Part shown: in pieces, positions 19,830 through 29,458 of the stretch
Numbering within the stretch: the first letter of the stretch is position 1
Layout of the letters: each line of letters opens with the position of its first letter
Assembly: GCA_016928815.1 (NCBI GenBank)
Contig: JAFGJZ010000185.1
Location: 1-59,648, forward strand
From: Spirochaetota bacterium
GTDB taxonomy: Bacteria > Spirochaetota > UBA4802 > JAFGJZ01
Length of the DNA: 59,648 nucleotides
Direction of reading: 5' to 3'
The notes under the pieces: generated by a model
Told to the model about the DNA's origin: nothing
What the model saw: the letters and a program-made list of their open reading frames with translations, nothing else
Databases searched by the model: none
Position numbers and translations under genes: made by a program

Positions 19830-21203
19830 ATGATGAGATCTCTTTTTTCCGGAGTAGCCGGATTAAAAAATCACCAGACAAGAATGGACGTAGTCGGCAA
19901 CAACATATCAAATGTAAATACATACGGATTTAAAACAAGCAGGATTACTTTCCAGGATATGCTTTCCCAGACACTTGCTGGTGCAGCAAAGCCCGAAGAA
20001 ACAAAAGGCGGAGTAAATCCTAAGCAGGTCGGTCTCGGTATGACTATAGCTTCTATTGATAAAATTTTCACACAGGGAAGCCTGCAGACAACCGGAGTTC
20101 AGACTGACCTTGCAATTTCAGGAGACGGTTTCTTCATTCTTTCCGAAGGAGATAAAGATTTCTATACACGTGCCGGTACTTTTAGTATTGATAAAAACGG
20201 AACGCTTGTAAATCCTGGAAACGGACTCAGAGTTCAGGGATGGATGGCAGAGAGAAATTCCAACGGTGATATGATTGTTAATTCCCAGGGGACACCAGGG
20301 GACATCACGATTCCTGTTTACAGCAAAGAACCTGCGAGAGAGACAAGTTTTGTAAGATACAAATGTAATCTGAATTCCAGCAGTCCTCTTGTTCCGGCAA
20401 ATGCAACACCTAGGATGATTGCTTCCGCCGGAGTAACAACAAATATAGATGTTTATGACAATCTCGGAGATCCTCACCGTCTGACTATGACTATATGGAA
20501 AACAGGAGTCAACGAATGGACCGCGTCTGCCGGAGTAAGCGATTCAATGGGACCGGTAACTCTTGATGTCCCTGCAGGTGCTGATCAGATTAACCAGGAA
20601 AATCCGGGCACACGGATTAAACTCAGATTTTCTCCTGACGGCAGAATCATAGGTGCAGCAGATGAAGGAACTCCTGACGGTCAGAATCAGGGAAATCTTA
20701 CAGCTAATCTGAACTATCGAATTACCGGAGATCCAAACGTCAGAACCATCCGTCTTGATCTTGGCGCGGCTGGTCTTAACACAGGTATCACACAATATTC
20801 TTCACCGTCAACTACCAAGGGTGTTGAACAGGACGGCTATTCAATGGGGTATATGGAATCATTCAACATTGATAATTCCGGTATCATTACAGGAGTTTTC
20901 TCAAATGGCGTTAAACGGCCGGTCGGTCAGGTAGCAATGGCGGTTTTCACAAATCCGGGCGGTCTTACAGCAACCGGTGAGAATCTTTTTGAAATGAGTA
21001 ACAACTCCGGACTGGCTAATGTCGGAGCAGCTTCCGAAGCCGGACGCGGTAAAATAAATGCCGGCATGCTGGAAATGTCAAATGTAGATCTTTCCGATCA
21101 GTTTGTTGACATGATCATAACACAAAGAGGATTCCAGGCTAACTCAAAAACAATTACAACAAGTGATCAGATGCTTCAGGAGCTCATAAATCTAAAACGA
21201 TAA
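19830..21203 (+). CDS. flgE: Flagellar hook protein FlgE
   Basis: MMRSLFSGVAGLKNHQTRMDVVGNNISNVNT, YTRAG, LEMSNVDL...QRGFQANSK. Confidence 0.98.
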   Translation: MMRSLFSGVAGLKNHQTRMDVVGNNISNVNTYGFKTSRITFQDMLSQTLAGAAKPEETKGGVNPKQVGLGMTIASIDKIFTQGSLQTTGVQTDLAISGDGFFILSEGDKDFYTRAGTFSIDKNGTLVNPGNGLRVQGWMAERNSNGDMIVNSQGTPGDITIPVYSKEPARETSFVRYKCNLNSSSPLVPANATPRMIASAGVTTNIDVYDNLGDPHRLTMTIWKTGVNEWTASAGVSDSMGPVTLDVPAGADQINQENPGTRIKLRFSPDGRIIGAADEGTPDGQNQGNLTANLNYRITGDPNVRTIRLDLGAAGLNTGITQYSSPSTTKGVEQDGYSMGYMESFNIDNSGIITGVFSNGVKRPVGQVAMAVFTNPGGLTATGENLFEMSNNSGLANVGAASEAGRGKINAGMLEMSNVDLSDQFVDMIITQRGFQANSKTITTSDQMLQELINLKR

Positions 21204-21226
21204 ATTTTTAACCGAATTATAATATA

Positions 21227-21264
21227 AAATAAAAAAGAGACATGGATATGTCTCTTTTTTATTT
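21227..21264 (+). terminator. Intrinsic terminator after flgE
   Basis: Perfect 17-bp inverted repeat AAATAAAAAAGAGACAT-ggat-ATGTCTCTTTTTTATTT. Confidence 0.85.
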
Positions 21265-21291
21265 GACTTAAGGGTTTTTAAAATGTATAAT
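21263..21291 (+). promoter_or_regulatory. sigma70 promoter of the STAS gene
   Basis: TTGACT-17 nt-TATAAT, followed by a GAGG RBS. Confidence 0.75.
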
Positions 21292-21319
21292 AATCTGATT
21301 AAATAAATGAGGTAACAAA

Positions 21320-21640
21320 ATGATACAAATTTCAACTGAATCTGTTAACGGAACATCAGTTATCTCCCTGTCAGGAAAACTTAACCTTTCGACTACCAGA
21401 ACACTGGAGAGTACTTTCAAGGAAGCTCTTCTTCAGTCTCCGAAAGCAGTTTATCTGGACATGTCAAAAACCGATTATGTTGATTCCAGCGGTATCGGTG
21501 CAATTATCAGATGTATGAACTGGGCAAAAAAGGAAAATGTTGAATTTGCATGTGCTGATCTTACAGATGATGTATTATCCGTATTTAAAATAGCAAAACT
21601 TGACAGTTACATTAAGGTTGTTACCCTTAAGGAACCTTAA
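21320..21640 (+). CDS. STAS-domain anti-sigma factor antagonist
   Basis: LSGKL...LDMSKTDYVDSSGIGA (conserved phospho-Ser motif). Confidence 0.92.
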   Translation: MIQISTESVNGTSVISLSGKLNLSTTRTLESTFKEALLQSPKAVYLDMSKTDYVDSSGIGAIIRCMNWAKKENVEFACADLTDDVLSVFKIAKLDSYIKVVTLKEP

Positions 21641-21761
21641 AATTACCGGAAACTCAAATTCTCCCGTTCACATGATTCTGCAGTAAAAATATCCTATTTT
21701 TTTATTGACTCATTTTCAGTTTCATATTTTCTGATTCTATCCACATTTCAGGAGAAACGTA

Positions 21762-22730
21762 ATGGCAAGAATTTTATCCGGCATACAGCCTTCCGGACAG
21801 CTTCACATCGGCAACTATCTGGGGATGATGAAACCTATGATTGAACAGCAGGAAAATAATGAACTTTTCTGTTTCATAGTTAACTATCACGCCATGACCA
21901 CTTTAAAAAATGCAGAAGAACTGAGAAGGAACACTCTTGAAGCTGCAATTGATTTTCTGGCTTTGGGACTCGATCCTGATAAATGTTTTTTCTGGGTTCA
22001 ATCAGACATTCCGGAAATTCAGGAACTATCATGGATTCTTTCATGTTCAACATCGCTTGGCCTTCTTGAACGAAGTACATCCTATAAAGATAAAATTGCC
22101 AAAGGTATTACCACAAATGCCGGTCTTTACACCTACCCCGTTCTGATGGCAGCTGATATTTTAATGTTTCAGGCTGAGAAAGTTCCAGTCGGTAAAGACC
22201 AGAAACAGCATCTTGAAATTACACGGGATATCGCAACTGCTTTCAACATGACCTACGGTGAGACTTTCATTCTTCCGGAACCTGTAATCCGTGAGGAAGT
22301 TGCCATTATACCCGGCATCGACGGTCAGAAAATGTCTAAAAGCTACGGCAATACGATATGCATGTTTGAAGAAGAAAAACCGCTGCGCAAAAAAATAATG
22401 AAAATCGTTACGGATTCCAAAGGTGTTGAAGAATCAAAAAATCCGGACACATGCAATGTATTTCAGTTATATAAGTTATTCGCCTCCCCTGATCAGACCG
22501 CTGATCTGAGAAAAAGATATCTTGAGGGAGGTCTTGGATACGGTACTGCAAAGACTGAACTCTTCGAAATAATTCTTGAATATTTCGGTCCCTACAGAGC
22601 TAAACGGGAAGCACTTGCCGCTGATCCTGACTCAGTAAGAAAGATACTTAAACAGGGTGCTGAAAAAACCAGAGAAATTGCAGAAAAAACTTTAAAAGAA
22701 GTGCGTAAAAAAAGCGGAATCAATTACTGA
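21762..22730 (+). CDS. trpS: Tryptophan--tRNA ligase
   Basis: SGIQPSG, HIGN, YPVLMAADIL, VPVGKDQKQH, KMSKS. Confidence 0.98.
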   Translation: MARILSGIQPSGQLHIGNYLGMMKPMIEQQENNELFCFIVNYHAMTTLKNAEELRRNTLEAAIDFLALGLDPDKCFFWVQSDIPEIQELSWILSCSTSLGLLERSTSYKDKIAKGITTNAGLYTYPVLMAADILMFQAEKVPVGKDQKQHLEITRDIATAFNMTYGETFILPEPVIREEVAIIPGIDGQKMSKSYGNTICMFEEEKPLRKKIMKIVTDSKGVEESKNPDTCNVFQLYKLFASPDQTADLRKRYLEGGLGYGTAKTELFEIILEYFGPYRAKREALAADPDSVRKILKQGAEKTREIAEKTLKEVRKKSGINY

Positions 22731-22737
22731 TTTATTC

Positions 22738-22762
22738 AACGGCAGACTCATTGTCTGCCGTT
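22738..22762. terminator. Hairpin between convergent trpS and degP
   Basis: AACGGCAGAC-tcatt-GTCTGCCGTT. Confidence 0.75.
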
Positions 22763-22768
22763 TACTTT

Positions 22769-24121
22769 TCATTTGTTCATAAGGACAAAAAACTGGGAAC
22801 CTGACCGTTTTACCATTAATAGAATGGAGTCATTCTTTTTCAGTTCTTCAACAGTTCTGTAAAAATCGTTTTTATTCCTGATATTAATTTCATCCATTTT
22901 AACAATCAGATCTCCGGGACGTATGCCTGATTTCTGAGCTGGTGAATTATTTTTTATACCTGTTACAACTACACCGTATTTTTCTCTTATCCCAAAACGA
23001 TAAGCTAAATCCTCATTTAAATCCTCGACTAAAAGGCCCATATCACCGGTAATTTCGGCATTCTGCTGGGCAATATTTTTTACCGGCATTTTGGTTATTG
23101 TAATCGGTATTTCGGTTTTTTTGCCGTCTCTGAAAATCTGAAGCTTAATTATGGTTCCAGGTTTTAAATCAGCAATTTTTCTCCGTAAATCCTGCATGCC
23201 TGTCAGATCTTTTCCGTTAACTCCAGTAATTATATCTCCTGCTTTTATTCCCGACTTTTCCGCAGGTGAATCTTTCAGTGTTTCAGAAATCAAAGCTCCG
23301 TTAACTTTAGGGGCTTTGAATTTTTCAGCCAGTTCAGGAGTTAATTCCTGAATTGATACTCCGAGCCAGCCGCGTTCAACGCTTCCTGTACCGATGAGCT
23401 GGTCTGAAATCTTTTTTATCATGTTGGAAGGGATGGAAAAACCGAGTCCCATATTACCGCCGCTGCGGGACACAATTGCGGTGTTTATTCCGATCAGTTT
23501 CCCGTAAATGTCTACAAGTGCGCCTCCTGAATTTCCTGGATTAATTGCGGCATCTGTCTGAATAAGATTCTCATAATCTGCAAGCCCGAGATTCTCGCGC
23601 TGGATGGCGCTTATAATTCCCATTGTGACAGTGTGCGAAAAACCCATTGGATTTCCAATTGCAATGACTATCTGTCCCGGTTTAATTTTATCTGAATCCG
23701 CAAAGGAAATTACTGGCAGTTTAGAAGGTACAGCCCCCTTAATCCTGATTACGGCTATATCAGTTGCAGGATCGATTCCTATGATCTGCGCTTCGTAATT
23801 TTTCCTGTCATATAAGGTAACTTCGATTTTTAATGCATTTTCAACAACATGGTTATTTGTAACAATATAACCTTTATCACTTATGATTACTCCTGATCCG
23901 AAAAATTTCTGTTCCGGCATATTCCGCGGAATTCCATTAAACAGAAAATTCCCTGATTGGGCGACAGGCGCCTTTTCCACGGATATGCTAACCACAGCAG
24001 GCAAAACTTTTTCTGTTACCTTCTGGAGATCATTATTCATTTTTTCAAGATCGGAAACCGCATAAAGCAATGCAGGCACTAAAAAGATTATTAGCGACAC
24101 ATTATAAAATATTTTTTTCAT
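22769..24121 (-). CDS. degP: Do/HtrA family serine endopeptidase with two PDZ domains
   Basis: Signal peptide, TNNHVV, DIAV, IQTDAAINPGNSGG, two PDZ domains. Confidence 0.93.
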   Translation of the reverse strand: MKKIFYNVSLIIFLVPALLYAVSDLEKMNNDLQKVTEKVLPAVVSISVEKAPVAQSGNFLFNGIPRNMPEQKFFGSGVIISDKGYIVTNNHVVENALKIEVTLYDRKNYEAQIIGIDPATDIAVIRIKGAVPSKLPVISFADSDKIKPGQIVIAIGNPMGFSHTVTMGIISAIQRENLGLADYENLIQTDAAINPGNSGGALVDIYGKLIGINTAIVSRSGGNMGLGFSIPSNMIKKISDQLIGTGSVERGWLGVSIQELTPELAEKFKAPKVNGALISETLKDSPAEKSGIKAGDIITGVNGKDLTGMQDLRRKIADLKPGTIIKLQIFRDGKKTEIPITITKMPVKNIAQQNAEITGDMGLLVEDLNEDLAYRFGIREKYGVVVTGIKNNSPAQKSGIRPGDLIVKMDEINIRNKNDFYRTVEELKKNDSILLMVKRSGSQFFVLMNK

Positions 24122-24359
24122 AATTCTTTCCCCGTTTGAAATATCAACTTTACCTTATTAGTAACAGTCTGTTTAAGTTGTTACAATTTTTCAATAACAA
24201 TTTACAGCCGTGTACTGCCGGCAATATAATTCACCGGATAAACTCATACCATTAAATTGAAATCCGATTTTTCCGGATATCAGATAAAATAAATCGGACG
24301 GACGGATTAATAAATTTATTGACTATATTCCCGCATTATATTTTAATAAATTACTGATT

Positions 24360-26366
24360 ATGAAGAATATACTCACAATAAAAAAAGAAATTTTTGTTAA
24401 TGAAAAAGTAATCGGACAAATTAATATTCCCGAAGATTATAAGTTTCATGTATTCAATGAAAATATCCGTGAAAAGATTGAATCGGTATTCTCCAAAACA
24501 GGGAAAAAACCTTTTATAGCCCTGTTTTGCATAAATGAAAATGATTATTACCGTTTCAGAGAAATTATCAGTTCTTATTCTGATGATAATTTCATCTATA
24601 ACTTCATAATACAGATAAACTCAGATGATGATCATAATCCCGTATTCAACAACATTGATATCGGACATATCTGGCATGGAAAAATTTCAAAGTCGGAATT
24701 TACATTTGCAGTAAAAAATCTTTCTCACATCCTGACTGAACGATACATTGACAATTTCAATACCTCTCACTCCCTGGCACTGCTCATTGACATGAAACAG
24801 GATCAGGAGGATCTGATTAATATCGGCCGCGGACTTTCAATAGAAAAAGATCCTGAAAAACTTCTCCGGCTCATTTTAAATCTCAGTAAAAAAATAACAG
24901 GAGCCGATGCAGGAAGCATATATCTGGTTGAAGAAAACTCTGACGGAGAAAAACAGATCAGAATTAAATACTCGCATACCTTTTCAAAACCGATACCTAT
25001 GGAAGATTATGTTCTTCCCTATGACACTTCATCCATCACCGGCTACGTCGCCATTACCGGGAATATTCTCAACATACCCGATGTTTATAAAATTTCACCG
25101 GATGATCCGATTTCATTCAATAACAGTTTTGATATTAAAAATAATTACCGTACAAAATCAATTCTCGTCGTACCTATGCGTAATCATATCGATGAAATTA
25201 TAGGAGTAATTCAGCTTATAAACAGCAAGGAATCCGGTGATGCAAGATTCACAACCGGAAATGAGGCCTTTGAGGTTGAACTTAAAACAGATGAGGATTT
25301 TGAAAATAAAGTTTCCAAATTTGCTGAACGATATGAACATCTGATGGAATCAATTGCCGGACAGGCTGCAATTTCAATTGAAAACAACCGGATGATTAAA
25401 CAGATTGAAAATCAATTTGAAGAATTTGTAAAAGCGTCCGTAACAGCAATAGAGTCACGGGACCCCGCCACTTCAGGACATTCTTTCCGGGTTGCTGAAA
25501 TCTGCACAAAACTTGCGGATGCAGTAAACGCTGAAAACACCGGAGTGTTTAAGAATATTTTCTTCAGTGAAAACAAGCTGAAAGAACTTGAGTATGCCGC
25601 GCTTCTTCATGACTTTGGAAAGGTTTATATTGATCTTGCAATTTTCATGAAATCAAAGAAGTTATATCCCAAGGAACTTGAAAATCTTCTGCTCAAATTT
25701 AATTATCTTTACCGTTATGTAGAACTTCAGAGCGAAACTGATGGAAACATGAATAAGGCCGCAGATTCCAAGGATGAAGTATTACGTAAAATTAAGGAAA
25801 TTACAAAAACTATTATTAATCTTAACGAACCCACAGTTCTTGAGAATGATCCGGCAGAAACAATCAACACTATTAACAATGATATCAGCAGCATAGAATG
25901 TTATGATATTGAAGGCCACTACATTGAAATAATTAACGGACATGAACGGACTAATTTAAGTATCAGACGCGGCAGTCTGAATGATCTTGAACGCAAGGAA
26001 ATTGAAAGTCATGTCGTTCATACCTATAATTTCGTAAAAAGAATTCCATGGCCGCCTGAATATAAAGACATTCCGAAAATAGCCCAGATGCATCATGAAA
26101 AAAACGACGGAAGCGGATATCCCTATGGTTTAAAAGAAAAAGACATTCCGCTTGCCGCCCAGATAATGGCAATTGCTGACATTTATGACGCCCTCACCGC
26201 AACTGACCGTCCGTATAAAAAAGCAATTCCGCATGAAAAAGCACTTAAAATAATAATTGATGAAGCTGATCACGGTAAATTAAATGCTGATCTTGTTAAA
26301 CTTTTCGTTAAAAATGAAATAAACATCAATACTCTGGAATATCAGATAAAATCCATGTCAGCCTGA
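24360..26366 (+). CDS. GAF + HD-GYP cyclic dinucleotide phosphodiesterase
   Basis: GAF (ADAGSIYL, SITGYVA, YRTKSILVVPM); TSGHSFRV, LLHDFGK, HHEKNDGSGYP, ADIYDALT..RPYK. Confidence 0.92.
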   Translation: MKNILTIKKEIFVNEKVIGQINIPEDYKFHVFNENIREKIESVFSKTGKKPFIALFCINENDYYRFREIISSYSDDNFIYNFIIQINSDDDHNPVFNNIDIGHIWHGKISKSEFTFAVKNLSHILTERYIDNFNTSHSLALLIDMKQDQEDLINIGRGLSIEKDPEKLLRLILNLSKKITGADAGSIYLVEENSDGEKQIRIKYSHTFSKPIPMEDYVLPYDTSSITGYVAITGNILNIPDVYKISPDDPISFNNSFDIKNNYRTKSILVVPMRNHIDEIIGVIQLINSKESGDARFTTGNEAFEVELKTDEDFENKVSKFAERYEHLMESIAGQAAISIENNRMIKQIENQFEEFVKASVTAIESRDPATSGHSFRVAEICTKLADAVNAENTGVFKNIFFSENKLKELEYAALLHDFGKVYIDLAIFMKSKKLYPKELENLLLKFNYLYRYVELQSETDGNMNKAADSKDEVLRKIKEITKTIINLNEPTVLENDPAETINTINNDISSIECYDIEGHYIEIINGHERTNLSIRRGSLNDLERKEIESHVVHTYNFVKRIPWPPEYKDIPKIAQMHHEKNDGSGYPYGLKEKDIPLAAQIMAIADIYDALTATDRPYKKAIPHEKALKIIIDEADHGKLNADLVKLFVKNEININTLEYQIKSMSA

Positions 26367-26368
26367 AA

Positions 26369-27163
26369 TTATTTAAACGAGTTTTCCTCGGCCGGAAAAA
26401 TCTGTTTGTCAACATCTTCACAGTACTCATTAAGCGCATTCAGGATATCATCATTATAATTTCTGTATTTCCTGACAAACCTGGGATTAAAATTCCTGTT
26501 ATAACCAAGCAGATCATTAATAACAAGAACCTGTCCGTCCACATAGCGCCCGGCGCCAATCCCGATTGTAGGAATCGAAACAGCCTGTGTAATAAGTGCT
26601 GCAAGTTTCTCGGGAATCGCTTCAAGCACTATTGCAAATGCACCCGCATTTTCGATTGACTTTGCGTCTGAAATCATCTTTTCTGCCTTGTCATCATCTC
26701 TGCCCTGCACCTTGAAACCGCCGAATTTATGAACACTCTGCGGAGTTAATCCCAAATGACCCATTACCGGGATTGAAGCGTTTGTCAGCAGCTTAATTCT
26801 GCCGGAGAATTCCGATCCACCCTCCAGTTTCACCGCATGACATCCGCTTTCCTTGAATATCTTTCCGCAGATTTGCAATGTATCATCATCCGAAACATGA
26901 TAACTCAGATATGGAAGATCGGTAATTATAAATTTATCTGCAGCACCCCTCTTAACAGCCTTGGTATGATATATCATTTCTTCGGGAGTCACCGGAATCG
27001 TAGTTTCATATCCGCAAAAAACCATGCCGAGTGAATCTCCAACGAGAACCGCATCAATATCGCTTTCATTAACAATTACAGCAGTTGAATAATCATATGA
27101 TGTAATGACTTTTATTTTTTCATTTTTCTGCTTTTTGGTTCTAAAATCATTTATGTTTAACAT
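26369..27163 (-). CDS. panB: 3-methyl-2-oxobutanoate hydroxymethyltransferase
   Basis: LVGDSLGM, AVKLEGG, GHLGLTPQS, IGIGAG..DGQVLV. Confidence 0.98.
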   Translation of the reverse strand: MLNINDFRTKKQKNEKIKVITSYDYSTAVIVNESDIDAVLVGDSLGMVFCGYETTIPVTPEEMIYHTKAVKRGAADKFIITDLPYLSYHVSDDDTLQICGKIFKESGCHAVKLEGGSEFSGRIKLLTNASIPVMGHLGLTPQSVHKFGGFKVQGRDDDKAEKMISDAKSIENAGAFAIVLEAIPEKLAALITQAVSIPTIGIGAGRYVDGQVLVINDLLGYNRNFNPRFVRKYRNYNDDILNALNEYCEDVDKQIFPAEENSFK

Positions 27164-27599
27164 AATAGATCTCCAGATATTTTCTTCCTGTTTCAGGACA
27201 GGTCAAATTTGAATCAAGTTCAATTAAATGCTTGAGTATAAAATCACGATTTCTAATCCCCGGATGAGGTATGGAAAGTTTATCACTTTTATGCACAATA
27301 TCATTATAAAGCAGCAGGTCCAGATCAATAATTCTCGGACCTTTTTTGATTAACTTTACCCGTTTCATTTCTTTTTCAACAGATTGAAGAACCTCAAATA
27401 GCTCATCAGGACCAAGCAGTGTTTCGACAGCAACTATCTGGTTCAGAAAACGCGGCTGGTCTGTAAAATCAACGGGTTCAGTTTCATCAATGCTGCTGGA
27501 ATTTACAATTCTGATCTGATTTTCCGTCATCAGTCTCCGCGCCTGTTCTATGTTTTTCCTTTTATCGCCGAGATTTGTTCCAATTCCGATAAAAATCAC
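27147..27599 (-). CDS. folK: 2-amino-4-hydroxy-6-hydroxymethyldihydropteridine diphosphokinase
   Basis: IGIGTNLGD, ETEP, FLNQ, GPRIIDLDLL, IPHP. Confidence 0.96.
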   Translation of the reverse strand: MIFIGIGTNLGDKRKNIEQARRLMTENQIRIVNSSSIDETEPVDFTDQPRFLNQIVAVETLLGPDELFEVLQSVEKEMKRVKLIKKGPRIIDLDLLLYNDIVHKSDKLSIPHPGIRNRDFILKHLIELDSNLTCPETGRKYLEIYYVKHK

Positions 27600-28408
27600 T
27601 ATTTTTCCACACGTTTATCAGGTCCGGAAATCTCAATAATATAGCACATTTCCTTTATCCGTGAAAGTATCCTGCCCTCTGATAGATCTTTCATTGCTAT
27701 GCCGGGATCCAGATTTGAAGTAAAGATTGTGAATTTTTCGGCCTCATAGCGTGCATCAACCAGGTTATATAAAGTTTCCTGCTCCCAGGCTGAGTCTCTC
27801 TGTATTCCAAAATCATCAACAACGAGGATATCAACTTCAGCAAGTTCTCTCTCAATCTGGGATGCCATTCCGTACATGGAACTTCCTTCAACAAAGGTTG
27901 AACGGAGCTTGCCGAAAAAGTTTCTGGAAATTTTCATAAACTTTCCGCTTACGCAGTGTGTTGCAATTAATTCCGTCAATATGATGGTCGATAAAAAAGT
28001 TTTTCCGGTACCGGGATTTCCCCACAGGTAAAGCCCCCTGTCTATATTAGGGAAGCGTGTAATTATGGAATATGCAGCTTTTTTCGCCCTTTCATCATTC
28101 TTGTTTCTGACGTTAAATTCATTCAAAAAACGCCACTGAAATTTTTTATCAATACCTGAATTCTTATAGATTGAATTTATTTTAGCTATTCGCAGACGCA
28201 CATCCCGGCATGAACACTGTTTTATTTTCCCTTCCTCGGTATAGAAATACGGCTCCTCTCCTCCGCACCTGCATGACGGTTTTACGCATTTCGGACATAC
28301 TGACAGAGGTTCCTCTCCAAGTACATAAGCCTCGCTGTTTTTAATCAGTCCTTCATGATTGCAGTATGCACAGTATTCAGATTTTTTCCCGTTTTTTGTT
28401 GAATTCAT
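27599..28408 (-). CDS. DnaC/IstB-like AAA+ ATPase with an N-terminal Cys-rich zinc-binding region
   Basis: CxxC..CxxC..CxC..CxC; GNPGTGKT; LVVDDFG; LVDARY...TIFTSN; RILSRI.EM. Confidence 0.85.
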   Translation of the reverse strand: MNSTKNGKKSEYCAYCNHEGLIKNSEAYVLGEEPLSVCPKCVKPSCRCGGEEPYFYTEEGKIKQCSCRDVRLRIAKINSIYKNSGIDKKFQWRFLNEFNVRNKNDERAKKAAYSIITRFPNIDRGLYLWGNPGTGKTFLSTIILTELIATHCVSGKFMKISRNFFGKLRSTFVEGSSMYGMASQIERELAEVDILVVDDFGIQRDSAWEQETLYNLVDARYEAEKFTIFTSNLDPGIAMKDLSEGRILSRIKEMCYIIEISGPDKRVEK

Positions 28409-28480
28409 CAGATAATCCGCTTATATTTAATAATAAAATTAAAAAAACTCTATTATCGGCTATTGTCAATAAAATAATAT

Positions 28481-28508
28481 TAAATTATCCCTTTCAAAAT
28501 ACCGATAG
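28481..28508 (+). promoter_or_regulatory. Putative sigma28 (FliA) promoter of fcpA
   Basis: TAAA-16 nt-ACCGATAG compared with the consensus TAAA-N15-GCCGATAA. Confidence 0.55.
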
Positions 28509-28541
28509 TAGAAAAAAGAATAATTTATAGAGGTCTGTCCC

Positions 28542-29408
28542 ATGAGATCAGGAATATTTAATAAAAAAAATTTACTATCCTTCATCACGCTATTTTTAAT
28601 TCTATCTGCAGCCGCAGTTTTCGCACAGAATGATGCTGCCGCACCGGCGGATAATCCCGCATTGACGACAGATGAACTTCCGTCAGATTTAGGCGGATGG
28701 CGGGTAGAAGACTATAAACCGTATATTACCGCTTTAAAAGATCTTGAAAAACTGACGAAAGAATATTCCGACAACATCCTTAACCAGGCTGTAGATGAAT
28801 ACTCTAAAGGCATTGACATTCTGGAAGATATGAACAGTGAAGTTGAAACCACAAAGCAGTTCTTTGCAAAAAGAAGAAACCTCAGTGAAAGATGGTACTG
28901 GCAGGAAATTGACAGGAAAAATCAGGAAAAACGCCAGATTGCCAAACTGAAATATGAAGCAAAAGGAAAAGCAATTACCCACTTCACAAGAGCCATAAAT
29001 TTAATGGATCAGGTGCTGAATATTGAAGTTATCAAGGATCAGGCATTTATAAATTTTCAAATTTCCCTTTTTCAGTCATATGTTTCCTCCCAGTATGACA
29101 TTCATAACCTGAAACCGTGCATCCCCATTCTTGAAAAATACATATCAATAAATGAAACAACTAAAAAGGACATCTGGGCATACAGGTACATGGCAAGCTG
29201 TTACGGTTACATGGAAGCCGTTCTTAAACAATACAGAAATAATGGAAACGCTGAAAGCCTTTCTATTGAATTTAAGCAGAAAAAAAACAAGGCTCTGCTT
29301 ACAGCTGCCGAACTTCAGTACGGTGTAGAATCCACACAATATAAGCACCTTAAGGAAGTTGTTGAATTTGACGAGAAAAAATCATATCAGATAAATGATT
29401 TCAAATAA
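28542..29408 (+). CDS. fcpA: Flagellar coiling protein FcpA homologue
   Basis: Signal peptide; ERWYWQEIDRK, HFTRAIN, YD..NL..CIPILE.YI, YMASCY, ELQYG..S.QYKH match Leptospira FcpA as recalled. Confidence 0.85.
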   Translation: MRSGIFNKKNLLSFITLFLILSAAAVFAQNDAAAPADNPALTTDELPSDLGGWRVEDYKPYITALKDLEKLTKEYSDNILNQAVDEYSKGIDILEDMNSEVETTKQFFAKRRNLSERWYWQEIDRKNQEKRQIAKLKYEAKGKAITHFTRAINLMDQVLNIEVIKDQAFINFQISLFQSYVSSQYDIHNLKPCIPILEKYISINETTKKDIWAYRYMASCYGYMEAVLKQYRNNGNAESLSIEFKQKKNKALLTAAELQYGVESTQYKHLKEVVEFDEKKSYQINDFK

Positions 29409-29432
29409 AAATTCAGTAATATTTCATAATAG

Positions 29433-29458
29433 AAAGCCCCTTTAACGGGGCTTTTTTA
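29433..29458 (+). terminator. Terminator after fcpA, overlapping the stop of the convergent gene
   Basis: AAAGCCCC-tttaac-GGGGCTTT plus a T run. Confidence 0.7.

Noticed and set aside
27599-28408. IS21 element (istB)
   Set aside because: No istA and no terminal inverted repeats; the gene is translationally coupled to folK.
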